Assembly: GCA_048213135.1 (NCBI GenBank)
Contig: PS015058.1
Location: forward strand, 120,042 to 184,041
Reading direction: 5' to 3'
Source: Reclinomonas americana ATCC 50394
Lineage: Eukaryota
DNA length: 64,000 nt
Shown here: positions 1-12,041 of the stretch, in pieces
Numbering within the stretch: position 1 is the first letter of the stretch
Layout of the letters: each line of letters starts with the position of its first letter
Translations under genes and position numbers: made by a program
Notes under the pieces: model-generated
The model's input: the letters and a program-made list of their open reading frames with translations, nothing else
What the model was told of the DNA's origin: nothing
Database searches by the model: none

Positions 1-112
1 GAGAGAGAGAGAGAGAGTGAGAGAGAAAGAGAGAGAAGAGAGAAAAGAGAGAGAGAGACAGAGAGAGAGACAGAGAGAGAATGAGAGAGAGACTGAGACA
101 GAGACGGAGACG

Positions 113-813
113 CAACTGGTGCGACGACCTCGCTTGCCCACAGGAAGTGCCTTGCCAGCGGCAGACGCTCCACCAGCAGCACCGCCACCGTCTTGCTCGG
201 TCGTGTACTGCAAGAACAACGAGTGCAGCTGCTCGAGGAATTTGCCGAATGGAACCGGAGCACACACGGGACACCAGCGACCAGCGACACGCAAGAGAAG
301 GCGCGAGAAGCCTCGGAAATCCATAAAGTTCTCCCAGGTGAGGGAGCGCACCGTGGCCTGCACTCAATTAGCGACGGGGTAAAGGGGAAAGGGAGAGGAG
401 GAGAGGGATTACCTCCAGCGGCTCGCACTCCACGGGCTGGTGTACAATGTTTTGCACGACGGCACACAAGATGTCGATCAAACGCATCAGCTGAGAGTGC
501 GACAGGCCGCGAAACTCGTTCTTGTTGAGAATCGAATCCCAGAACTGTGGCGCGGGGGGAGGAGTAGGAAAGGCGTCAGTTGTCTATACCACGCTACTCA
601 CTCTTGCATTCCTCACCTTGCGGAGGACGTGCTTGACGGAGGGGTGGCGTTCAAAGTTGGAAAAGTCGGGGCCGGTGTTTTGGTAGAGGTCGGAGTTCTG
701 TGAAGGGGGAGGGAGGGGGAGAGAGGGGGAAGGGGACAAGAGGGGAAGAGAAAGGGGTTTGACAGGGGCAGGGTCGCGGGTGTATTTGCAAGTCGGTGGA
801 AGGCAGAGAGAGA

Positions 814-858
<45 letters not shown>

Positions 859-3683
859 GAGAGAGAGAACTCTGCTGTACGCCGAAGGCGGACTGTACGG
901 TACAGCAGTTTCTTGCCGACCACTGTTGCCGACCGGCGGCGGCNNNNNNNNNNNNNNNNNNNNNNNNNNNNNNNNNNNNNNNNNNNNNNNNNNNNNNNNN
1001 NNNNNNNNNNNNNNNNNNNNNNNNNNNNNNNNNNNNNNNNNNNNNNNNNNNNNNNNNNNNNNNNNNNNNNNNNNNNNNNNNNNNNNNNNNNNNNNNNNNN
1101 NNNNNNNNNNNNNNNNNNNNNNNNNNNNNNNNNNNNNNNNNNNNNNNNNNNNNNNNNNNNNNNNNNNNNNNNNNNNNNNNNNNNNNNNNNNNNNNNNNNN
1201 NNNNNNNNNNNNNNNNNNNNNNNNNNNNNNNNNNNNNNNNNNNNNNNNNNNNNNNNNNNNNNNNNNNNNNNNNNNNNNNNNNNNNNNNNNNNNNNNNNNN
1301 NNNNNNNNNNNNNNNNNNNNNNNNNNNNNNNNNNNNNNNNNNNNNNNNNNNNNNNNNNNNNNNNNNNNNNNNNNNNNNNNNNNNNNNNNGCTACTCCGTC
1401 GTGTGCGTGGCGAGGGAGGAGGGGGGGGAGGGAGAGAGAGAGAGAGAAAAGGAAGAGAAGGGAGAGAGAGAGAAGGAAGAGAAGGGAGAGAGAGAGAGCG
1501 GAATGGGGAGGAGTGGCAAGAGTACGGACCAGTCACGGCAGAGTGAGAGAGAATGAACAAGCAGCGCAGAGTGCAGGACTGCGCTGGGTGAGAAGCAAAC
1601 GACAGGTAGAGGGAGGGGGAGACAGAGAGAGAGAGAGAGCAAGAAAGTAAGAGGGTGAGAACGAGAAGCAGGTTGGCAGCAGAAGCGAGGGATGGTGCGG
1701 ATGAGAAGACAACAACAGGTAGAGGGTGCGAGAGAGAGAGAGAGTGAGCTTGACTGCCCGTGCCTCACGCAAAAGAAGGAAGAGTGTGTTGAGTGAGACC
1801 GACAGCAAGAAAGATTGACGAGTGCAGTTCGCAGAGAAAGTGAGATGCCGGCGAGAGATTCTCCCCTCTTGCCCTCTCCATGATCCCCTCCCACACAACT
1901 GTAAACAGCGGCTGCGGCAACGGCGGCACCTCCCCGGGAATCGGCTGCCCGCCCGCCGCATGCACCAGCATCCCATCGGCGCCCAGTTTGACGTTGGCTG
2001 CTGCCGCCGCCGCCGATAGTGGAGTGCCTGCGGAGGCGAATGGAGGACTACCGGGGGCGAGGATGACCGCAGCGTCGGCGGTAGGCGTGAGGTTGCCGGC
2101 GTTGGAGGCCGTCGATCGTGCGACAACGCCCGAGGAGAGGGAGGGTGAGCGGGGGACGGCTGTGAGTCGGGATCGACTGATGGGGGAAGGGTGAGTGAGT
2201 GGAGGGATGGGGAGGGGGAAGAGGAAGGGGGAAGAACAAGGGGAAGGGAAGGGGGAAGACGAGAGCATGGGGGAAGAGCATGGGGAGGAGAGCAGTGGGG
2301 GGAGAGCAGTGGGGGGAGAGCAGTGGGGGGAGAGCAGTGGGGGGAGANNNNNNNNNNNNNNNNNNNNNNNNNNNNNNNNNNNNNNNNNNNNNNNNNNNNN
2401 NNNNNNNNNNNNNNNNNNNNNNNNNNNNNNNNNNNNNNNNNNNNNNNNNNNNNNNNNNNNNNNNNNNNNNNNNNNNNNNNNNNNNNNNNNNNNNNNNNNN
2501 NNNNNNNNNNNNNNNNNNNNNNNNNNNNNNNNNNNNNNNNNNNNNNNNNNNNNNNNNNNNNNNNNNNNNNNNNNNNNNNNNNNNNNNNNNNNNNNNNNNN
2601 NNNNNNNNNNNNNNNNNNNNNNNNNNNNNNNNNNNNNNNNNNNNNNNNNNNNNNNNNNNNNNNNNNNNNNNNNNNNNNNNNNNNNNNNNNNNNNNNNNNN
2701 NNNNNNNNNNNNNNNNNNNNNNNNNNNNNNNNNNNNNNNNNNNNNNNNNNNNNNNNNNNNNNNNNNNNNNNNNNNNNNNNNNNNNNNNNNNNNNNNNNNN
2801 NNNNNNNNNNNNNNNNNNNNNNNNNNNNNNNNNNNNNNNNNNNNNNNNNNNNNNNNNNNNNNNNNNNNNNNNNNNNNNNNNNNNNNNNNNNNNNNNNNNN
2901 NNNNNNNNNNNNNNNNNNNNNNNNNNNNNNNNNNNNNNNNNNNNNNNNNNNNNNNNNNNNNNNNNNNNNNNNNNNNNNNNNNNNNNNNNNNNNNNNNNNN
3001 NNNNNNNNNNNNNNNNNNNNNNNNNNNNNNNNNNNNNNNNNNNNNNNNNNNNNNNNNNNNNNNNNNNNNAGGAGGGAGAGAGAAGGAAGGCGACGAAGGA
3101 GGGCGAAAAGGGAACAAAGGAAGAAAAGGGAAGAGAAGAATGAAGACTGGAGACTGAGAACAGTCAACGGAGAAGGAGTGAACGTAAGCAATCAGTGAGC
3201 GACTGAGAGAGCGACAGTGTGAGTGATCCAGCGAGAGGGAAGGGGAAGGATGAGTGAGGAGGATGAGAGAGACTGCGAGTGATTGAGCGAGTGAGAGAAC
3301 GAGAGCGAGGAAATGAGAGTGTGTGTGTGTGAGTGAGTGAGTGTGACAGTGACTGTGAGAGACAATGCGTGACTGCGAGAGAATGTGGGAATGAGCGAGA
3401 CTGAGATGATTGATCACATGCGTTTTTCACAAGTGCATCTCCCCTCTGTGCGCGCCTCCCTCTATCTCTTTCTCTCTCTCTCTCCACACACACACACACA
3501 CCTTGATCCCTTACTCGGCTTCCACACAGGCGGCACATCGACTGCACACTCAGCAAACCGTCAGCCAACGGTCGCCTAATAATACGAACACACGCTCTCT
3601 CACACTCTCTCACCATTCGTCGCCACACCACCCACACGCGGTGACACACGCGGCACATACACAACCGCCGCCTTCTTCTCCAT
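113..3683 (-). CDS. Multi-exon gene of unknown function; 3' end lies beyond the left edge of the window
   Basis: GT-AG splicing joins exons at ~2170-1900 (…VPPLPQPLFT), 698-618 (NSDLYQNTGPDFSNFERHPSVKHVLRK), 543-413 (FWDSILNKNEFRGLSHSQLMRLIDILC…) and ~358-117 (…ENFMDFRGFSRLLLRVAGRWCP…) in frame. The start at 3683 (MEKKAAVVY) is tentative because N gaps interrupt the gene. Confidence 0.55.
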
Positions 3684-3987
3684 GCACACAAGAGAGAGTG
3701 AGAGTGAGAAAAGAAAGAGAAAATTGCGCGCGTGTCCGGAAACTCTGTGACCGCCTACATAACGCGACAGCACATCTACAGTGCGCGTGACGTGGCAATT
3801 GGACCGCGGGCCCATTTCTCATCGGACATTGTTTGCGCCACTTGTGTGAGAGAGAGCAGAGTGTGGGGAGCGAGAGAAGTGTTGACTGTGTCTTGCGCGT
3901 GTCTGTGTGTGTTCTGCTTTTCAGTGTTTGTTTGTTTGTTTGTTGTTTTGGTCGAGAGAGTGAGTGTGTGTATTTTGGGAGTGCAAG

Positions 3988-4787
3988 ATGAGCATTGTGG
4001 CGCCGATTGTTGCAGCGGTGGAGGATGAGCAGAGACCACCTGCGCCTCCCGCCGCATCTGCCTCGCATCTTCGCGTGCAACAACAAGGTGCGTGTCGTGC
4101 ACACACACGCGCGCGCGAGTCGCCTTACTCATATGCGGGCCCTCTCAGGTGGCGAGCACCCTCAGTCGTGGAAGATCGTCTCGCGGTTCATGCAAGACGA
4201 CCTGTTCGCGCGGGAGGAGTTCCAGCCCGCGCCTGCGCCCATTGCAGCAGTGGACGCCGATGCAGCAGCGAGCACCGGCGATGTGATGCTCATGGTGGAG
4301 AACAATGACGCGCCTGCAGCAGTCGGCGATGCCGGGGCGGCGGCGGAGGACGGCGGCGACGATGACGTAGAGGGGGCCGTCGACGAGGACAATGACGGCG
4401 GGAGGAAGCGCAAGAAGACGAGCGAGCAGATTCGTGCGTTGGTGGTGTTGGATCCGAGTCGGCAGGCGGCGCGCGATCGGCGAGTGGAGGGTGCGGTGGA
4501 GCCGGAGTCGCCGGCGGGTGCGGTGTCGTCGATGGCGTCGTTGAGTGAGGCGGATTTGGGCACGAGTGAGATTGGTGTGGAGAGGCACATGGTGGAGACG
4601 GCGACGCAGACGGTGGCGACGAGTGATGGGATGAAGGTGGATGGCGAGGTGGAGCAGAAGAAGAAGGGTGAGTGACGCAAGGGAGAAAAGGGGAAGGGGA
4701 GATGAGTGGCGTGTGTGACTGACTTTTGCTTTGCTTTGGTGTGCAGTGTCGACGCCGTGCTGCGGTGCTGCGTGTGTGGTTTTGTAA
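3988..4787 (+). CDS. Small acidic, low-complexity protein with a C-terminal polybasic/palmitoylation/CaaX tail (KKKVSTPCCGAACVVL*)
   Basis: Three exons: 3988-4087, 4149-4667 and 4747-4787. Donors are GTGCGT and GTGAGT, both acceptors are CAG, the frame is preserved, and the product ends CVVL-TAA. Confidence 0.7.
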
Positions 4788-5098
4788 AGATGTGGTGTGA
4801 TACAGTGGAGACATAGGTTGTAAAGTGTGTGTAATGTGACTGCGGCGTCCATGAAGACATGATTCGCTGGTTTGTCGTGGCGGCGGTCCCTCAGCTCTTG
4901 CCCTCGAATTGCATATGCGCGCATTGTTCCTTCCAGCACCCTCGACTCTTCGCCGTGTGGTCGTTGTGCTGCTGGTGGAATTCAAGGATCAGTTTAGGGC
5001 CCGGCACAGAAACCCACCGAACCCGCCAGTTGCTGACAACTCGCAGTGCGCTTGCGACAAAAATTTGCCAACGCGCGACGGAGCAGAGCACGCACACA

Positions 5099-8000
5099 AT
5101 GTCGGTGTGTGGTTTGTGCATCTCTCTTCGCTCCTTCTCTGTGTTCTCACTGGCCTTCTTTGCATAGTTCTCTGTGAACGTGAGTGCGGCGCATGATTCG
5201 TCGCAGTCGGTGGTGGTGGAGGGCATGTCGGCCGCGTCCACTCTCGCGGACTTGCTGCGCGAGGCCACACGCTTGCTGCGAGAGAAGAGTGGAGATGCGG
5301 GGGTGGAGATTGTGGGGGTGGATAAACCACTGCCACTCAACATCGAAGAGGGTGGTGGCATTCCGCTTCGCATTCTTGGCATCAACCCATCCACTCATCT
5401 CGTCGTCCGTGTGACGCTTGCCGTGGCGATGCAGTCGAGCGGAGGGAGTGGAAGTGGAAGGTGTGTGTCTGTGATGTGTGTGCGAATCATCTCTGCATGC
5501 ATGAATCTCACTCTCATGTCTCCGCACAGCAACTCGGAGCGAGTGACTCGGTTTGTGTTGCTGGCCTTCTTCCTTGCTCTCTCCCCTGCTTGCTCTTTCA
5601 TCGATACTGACAGCACTGGGCGCACAGCATGACCAACTTACAGCGCATCAACATGGCCTTCGAGGTGGTGGTGGAGGCCGTGCGTCTGTGCTGTCAACGC
5701 GCATTGGCGCAGTTCATTCGCGATCATCCCGACTTTGATGTGCTGGCGTGGACTCCCGATGTGTGGACCCCACCGTTGTTCTGGCATCCGCTAACAATCA
5801 AGGCGTGGTACGATCGACATGCACCACTCCACCCTGGTCGAGTCAAGTTATTTGTGCCGCAGCAGCAGCACATGGTCAACTGGAAGTCTGCTTTTGATGC
5901 CGACCCCGCCTCCGAACCTCCGTGTTCTGCGTTTGACGTGACGGCCTTGTGTCGATCATGCTGTTTGGTGGCTTTGTGCGTGACGACGGTTGCAAGCTGC
6001 TGCTGATTGACAATGTCGATGAGCGACAGGCGGCGGAGCAACTTCGTGAGGTGCGGAACGAGTTGGTCCATCGATTGTCTGCATGGACCGACGCCAGTGT
6101 GCAAGAGTATCTCGGTGACCGTGGCACCTTCCTCGCCCTGCTTGGCAAGCTGCGCCTTCCTGCCGACGCAATGGCCGATTTTGCGACGCGGATTCGTGAA
6201 GCGCGCCTCATTGATGTCGACATTAGCACGTTTGCCGTGCGCCTGCATCGACTGGCTGTACGTGAGATGGCCTATTATCACGAAGACGAGAGTGTGCGCA
6301 AGGACATGCAGATGTATGTGCCACTGCTGTGCTCACGTGATCGCGACACCTCCTCGAGTGAGAAGATGATGGATCTGTTGATGGAGGTGGATGCTTTCCT
6401 CTCTGACACCAACAGCACCCAGCGTGTGCTGGTACTCTTTGGCAACAGCGGGGCCGGCAAGACCACCACCATGTCGGTGCTGGCTGAGCGGGCGTGGCGA
6501 CAGTGGCAGACGAGAGAGAGCCGACGTGTACCTGTGCGTGTGCCTCTTGGTGCACTGCGAAATGCCGATGAGCGGTTGTTGGAGGAGGCACTGGAGCGAC
6601 TGTCGCCCGAGTTGGGGCTGGAGTCGGATGTGCGACGGTTGAAGGAGGAGCCGCTGCTTTTGTTGCTTGACGGGTACGACGAGTTGTATCGTGGTGTGAA
6701 TTTGTTTGTCAAGAACCAGCTGGATGTGTGTCGCGATGTGAAGGTGATTATCACATGTCGAGGCGATTACGCACTGACGGCACTGGGTGGCGTGACGCAG
6801 TATCGACGGTACTTTGCACCTGTGGATGCACGAGGACAGTTGTGCATGCAGCAGTTGATGGAGCGACATATTGCACCGTTCAACAAGGAGCAGATTGAGG
6901 AGTACTTTGAGCGACTCGTGCAAGTGGGTGGTGATGATGATGACGGTGATGTGCGATTGTCGACTGCCGAAGAATACATTCGTGCACTGAAGGGTGTGCA
7001 TGGACTGGATGCACTGGTGTCGAATCCGTTCCTGCTGGCGGTGGTGGCTCGTGTGTTGCCACAGTTGGTGGAAACTGGTGTGCAGCGACCGACACGGTGT
7101 GATGTATTTGAGCGATTCATTCGACAGTGGATTGTGAGGGAGCAGGAGAGGCAGACGCGTCTCGGTGCGGAGCGTGTGCCGAGTGAGGAGACGTGTCTGG
7201 CATTCTGCGAGGGACTGGCGCGGTTGATGCATGAGAGGAATGCGGTGCGTGTGTCTGTGAAGGAGAGTCGATCAAATGAGGATGACTTTGGCGGTGCGCC
7301 ACTCGCGTTGCGACGAGTAGAAGATGGACCATTTGACAAGTTCCTCGGACACAAGAACCAACATGTACGAGTGTGCTGCCCGATTGTGCGACGGTATGGG
7401 ACGACGCAGTGGGGTTTCGTGCATCTGTCGTTGCTGGAGCACTGTGTGGCACGGCATGTGTTTGCGTGGGAGACGTGGGAAGAGGAGAGGAGATTGACGA
7501 TGCAGGATGTGCAACAGCATGTGTTGGCTGTGCGACTGCTGAACGACAGACCATCGCTGGTGGAACAGATGGCCGAGGTGGTTCGTCGGTCTCCGCGACT
7601 GCAAGCAAGACTGTGGGAGGTGATTTTTATGTCACGAGAGGTGGACAGTCGGCGAGTGGTGACGGCAGCCGCGAATGCGGCGACGGTACTATGTATGGCA
7701 CAAGTGTCGTTCAGTGGGCGAGTTTTATCGGGTGTGCGAGTGAGGGGTGCGGATTTGAGGGATGCGGTGATGCACCAGACGGTGTGGAGGGGTGCGGATT
7801 TGCGAGGGGTGAATGTATGCATGGCGTATGCGAGGGAGGCGGATTTCAGAGGAGCAAATGTGGCGGGTGTGAGGTGGCCGAGGAAGCCGATGGAGGGGCA
7901 CACTGGCGGGGTGAGCTCTGTCGCTGTCACTCCCGATGGTCAGCAAATTGTGAGTGGCAGCGGGGACAAAACTGTACGGGTGTGGTCGGTGGCAAGTGGT

Positions 8001-9833
8001 GAGGAGGTGCGCCGACTGGAAGGCCACACGAGTTGGGTGACTGCAGTGACAGTGACACCTGATTGTCAGTACATTGTGAGTGGCAGTAATGACAAGACTG
8101 TACGGGTGTGGTCGGTAGCAAGTGGCGAGGTGCGTCGACTGGAAGGCCACACTGACTCAGTGGAGGCAGTGGCAGTGACACCCGATGGCCAGCACATTGT
8201 GAGTGGCAGTGGTGACAAGACTGTACGGGTGTGGTTGCTGGCGAGTGGAGAAGAAGTGCGACGACTGGATGGACACACTGAAAACGTATCGTCTGTTGCC
8301 GTCACTCCCGATGGTCAGCACGTCGTGAGTGGCAGTGGAGACAAGACTGTGCGTGTGTGGTCGCTGCATAGTGGGGAAGAAGTGCGACAGTTGGAGGGCC
8401 ACACTGACGAGGTGCAGACTGTCACCGTCACTCCAGATGGCCTGTACATTGTGAGCGGCAGTTGGGACAGGACTGTGCGAATATGGCCATTGGCGAGTGA
8501 ACAAGAGGTACGACGGTTGGGGGGACACACTGGTGCGGTGTTTTCCCTCGCTGTCACTCCCGATGGAGAACATGTTGTGAGTGGAAGCGGGGACAAGACA
8601 GTGCGGGTGTGGTCACTGCGGAGTGGGGAAGAGGTTCGACGATTGGAAGGGCATACTGACGCGGTGCATTCTGTAGTGCTCACTCCCGATGGTCTGCACA
8701 TTGTGAGTGGGGGTGATGACAAAACAGTGCGTCTGTGGTCTGTGGTGGATGAGGAAGGCGTACGACGGATGGGAGGTCACACAGACTCATTGCGTTCTGT
8801 TGTGCTCTCTCTCGATGGTCAGCACGTGATGAGTGGAAGTGGAGATATGACGGTGAGGATGTGGTCGGTCACAACAGGAGAAGAATTGTGGATGGTGAAG
8901 GGACAGTCGTCGGAGCTGATTGCGTCTCTCGACAGTCGGTATGTTGTGAGTGGGAGTGTGGACGGGGCGGTGCGTGTGTGGTCACTGGAGAGTGGAGAGG
9001 AAGTGTGCCGACTGGATGGCCACACAAGTGGGGTGCAGGCATTGGCAGTGACACCCAACGGCCAGTACATTGTGGGTGGCAGTGGTGACGGGACTGTACG
9101 GGTGTGGTCGGTGGCAAGTGGACATGAAGTGCGACGATTGGAGGGCCACACGAGAGAGGTGTCTGCAATGGCTGTGACGCCCGACGGTCTACACATTGTG
9201 AGTGGCAGCGAGGACAGCACTGTGCGAGTGTGGTCGCTGGCAAGTGGCGAGGAGGTGCGCCGGCTGGAGGGACACATTGACTTTGTAATGTCTGTTGCCG
9301 CTACTCCCGATGGTCAGCGCATCGTGAGCGGTGGTGGAGACAAGACTGTACGGGTGTGGTCACTGGCAAGTGGAGAAGAGGTGCAACTTTTGACGGGGCA
9401 CATTGACTGGGTGCGGTCTGTCACCGTCACTCCCGATGGTCAATACATAGTTAGTGTAAGTGATGATACGTCAATTCGACTGTGGTCACTAAGAAGTGGA
9501 AAAGAAGTGCGGCGGTTCAAGGGGCCCACTCGCTGGGTGCGTTCAGTTGCCATCACTCCCGATGGTCGGCACATTGTGAGTTGTGATGCAAACGACGCTG
9601 TGCAAGTGTGGTCTTTGGGGAGTGGAGAAGAAGTGCCTCTTGACGATCAGGCTGATCTTGTGACACTTGCCGCGGGTTGTGTCGCCTTCCTTCGCTGCAT
9701 GGCATTTGGTGCTGCGTACACCGCACGAGTGTCTGGCAAATCGATTCAGTTGATGCGTCGAAACACTCGCGGGCTGGTGGAGCGCATCCTCGGCTCCGTG
9801 GTGCCCGACTTTACAGACGCGCTCGGTATTTAG
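5099..9833 (+). CDS. NLR-like STAND protein: Ubl-like + HEPN-like + NACHT + pentapeptide + 14 WD40 repeats (one apparent 1-nt frameshift at ~5950)
   Basis: Exons 5099-5104, 5168-5460, 5530-5550 and 5628-9833. Walker A GNSGAGKT (~6441), Walker B LLLLLDGYDE, IITCR, NPFLL and GFVHLSLLEH motifs. AAANAATVL is followed by pentapeptides (GADLR). 14 GH…W WD40 repeats. FDVTAL…REVRNELVH is a HEPN-like motif. Confidence 0.9.
7894..9640 (+). repeat. Array of 14 highly similar ~126-bp WD40-coding repeats
   Basis: Unit consensus LEGHTxxVxSVAVTPDGQHIVSGSGDKTVRVWSLASGEEVRR. The DNA motifs gtcactcccgatgg and gacaagactgtacgggtgtggtc recur. Confidence 0.95.
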
Positions 9834-9846
9834 GCCAGCGAAAAGT

Positions 9847-10256
9847 GAGGACATTGATGTCGAGAGGATCGAGAAGCGAGCAGATTCGTGCGCTGGTGCT
9901 GGCGCAGGATCGGCGAGTGGAGGGTGCGGTGGAGCCGGATTCGCCGGTGGTTGAGTGAGGCGGATTCCGGCGCCAGCTGTTGATCGGAGGAGGCATGTGG
10001 TGGAGGCGACAACGCAGACGGTGGCGACGAGTGATGGGATGAAGGCGGAGGGCGAGGTGGAGCAGGAGAAGAAGGGTGAGGAAAGGGAGAAGGGGTGAAG
10101 GGGAGATGAGTGGCGTGTGGACTGACTTTTGTTTTGTGTTTTGGTGTGCAGCGTCGACGCCGTGCTGCGGTGCGTGTGAGAGAGTGGAAACGTAAGTTGT
10201 AAAGATAAAGTGTGTGTTGTTCCAAAGACTGTCGTCATATGAGAGTTGCTGGTGTT
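9847..10256 (+). pseudogene. Degenerate direct-repeat copy of 4385-4875 (C-terminal exons, intron and 3' region of the CaaX gene)
   Basis: Shared blocks include gagcagattcgtgcg, ggcgagtggagggtgcggtggagccgga, acgcagacggtggcgacgagtgatgggatgaagg, the intron and gtcgacgccgtgctgcggtgc. Indels break the frame and CVVL* is lost (reads CCGACERVET*). Confidence 0.85.
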
Positions 10257-12041
10257 GCGCGTCTGTCGCCCGACACGATCATGTCATATGGGCGGCACAC
10301 GTGGCTGCCTGTGTTCGCGTCACCTCTGCACGGCAGTAACTGCTGACACTGGCTCTGCTTTCACGCGACCAGCATGTNNNNNNNNNNNNNNNNNNNNNNN
10401 NNNNNNNNNNNNNNNNNNNNNNNNNNNNNNNNNNNNNNNNNNNNNNNNNNNNNNNNNNNNNNNNNNNNNNNNNNNNNNNNNNNNNNNNNNNNNNNNNNNN
10501 NNNNNNNNNNNNNNNNNNNNNNNNNNNNNNNNNNNNNNNNNNNNNNNNNNNNNNNNNNNNNNNNNNNNNNNNNNNNNNNNNNNNNNNNNNNNNNNNNNNN
10601 NNNNNNNNNNNNNNNNNNNNNNNNNNNNNNNNNNNNNNNNNNNNNNNNNNNNNNNNNNNNNNNNNNNNNNNNNNNNNNNNNNNNNNNNNNNNNNNNNNNN
10701 NNNNNNNNNNNNNNNNNNNNNNNNNNNNNNNNNNNNNNNNNNNNNNNNNNNNNNNNNNNNNNNNNNNNNNNNNNNNNNNNNNNNNNNNNNNNNNNNNNNN
10801 NNNNNNNNNNNNNNNNNNNNNNNNNNNNNNNNNNNNNNNNNNNNNNNNNNNNNNNNNNNNNNNNNNNNNNNNNNNNNNNNNNNNNNNNNNNNNNNNNNNN
10901 NNNNNNNNNNNNNNNNNNNNNNNNNNNNNNNNNNNNNNNNNNNNNNNNNNNNNNNNNNNNNNNNNNNNNNNNNNNNNNNNNNNNNNNNNNNNNNNNNNNN
11001 NNNNNNNNNNNNNNNNNNNNNNNNNNNNNNNNNNNNNNNNNNNNNNNNNNNNNNNNNNNNNNNNNNNNNNNNNNNNNNNNNNNNNNNNNNNNNNNNNNNN
11101 NNNNNNNNNNNNNNNNNNNNNNNNNNNNNNNNNNNNNNNNNNNNNNNNNNNNNNNNNNNNNNNNNNNNNNNNNNNNNNNNNNNNNNNNNNNNNNNNNNNN
11201 NNNNNNNNNNNNNNNNNNNNNNNNNNNNNNNNNNNNNNNNNNNNNNNNNNNNNNNNNNNNNNNNNNNNNNNNNNNNNNNNNNNNNNNNNNNNNNNNNNNN
11301 NNNNNNNNNNNNNNNNNNNNNNNNNNNNNNNNNNNNNNNNNNNNNNNNNNNNNNNTTGTTGTTGTTGTAAAGTACCTGCGTCTCCCTTCGCTGCTCACCC
11401 GAGACAGCAACTTCCACGAAGCTATATCACATTGAATGGACACGTGCAGGTGCTCCTGCCACTCTTCTCACGATTTCCGATGCGTTTCCCCACACACCAT
11501 CTACAGTTCGGAGTCGACCGTAGACCCGATCGATCGAATTTCTCATTTTTTCGCGCGCGCGCGCCGTCGGTGCGTCATCGTCGATCGACACCGTCACTTT
11601 CACGAACGCCACCTCTCTCTCACACACACACTCTCTCTCTCATCCACACACACCCCCACTCACGCACGCACACACAGAAAGGCACACAGAGAGGCAGGCA
11701 GTCGTTGTGTGTGTCAGTGTGAGAGCCAGCGAAATTTACCTGTGTCCAATTCGCGCGCGCTCTTTTCTCTCTCTCTCCCCCACTCTTCTCACTCTCTCTC
11801 TCTCCACACACTCTCTCCCCACCCTTCTGCACACATGCACACGCACTCTGCGTGGAGTTGCGCAATCGCATTTTCCACGTGTCACTCTGTCGGTTGCGTG
11901 TCCATTGACCCACACTTCAATCGAACACTCGGTGGAGTTTCTCCGCGGCGCCGGACCCGATTATTTACACTCACAACTCCTCGCGCGCGCGCACACACAG
12001 ACTCTCGCTCGCTTTTGCCGTCGCATCATTTTCGAGTCAGA

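Noticed and set aside
4385-10256. Direct repeats around the NACHT gene read as LTRs of a retroelement
   Set aside because: The repeats contain a spliceosomal intron and coding tail. No TG…CA ends, target-site duplication, RT or integrase were seen.
944-11356. Long ORFs spanning N runs (also at 30209, 38690, 42118, 50083, 58175, 62705 and 63360)
   Set aside because: Artefacts of assembly gaps translated as X.
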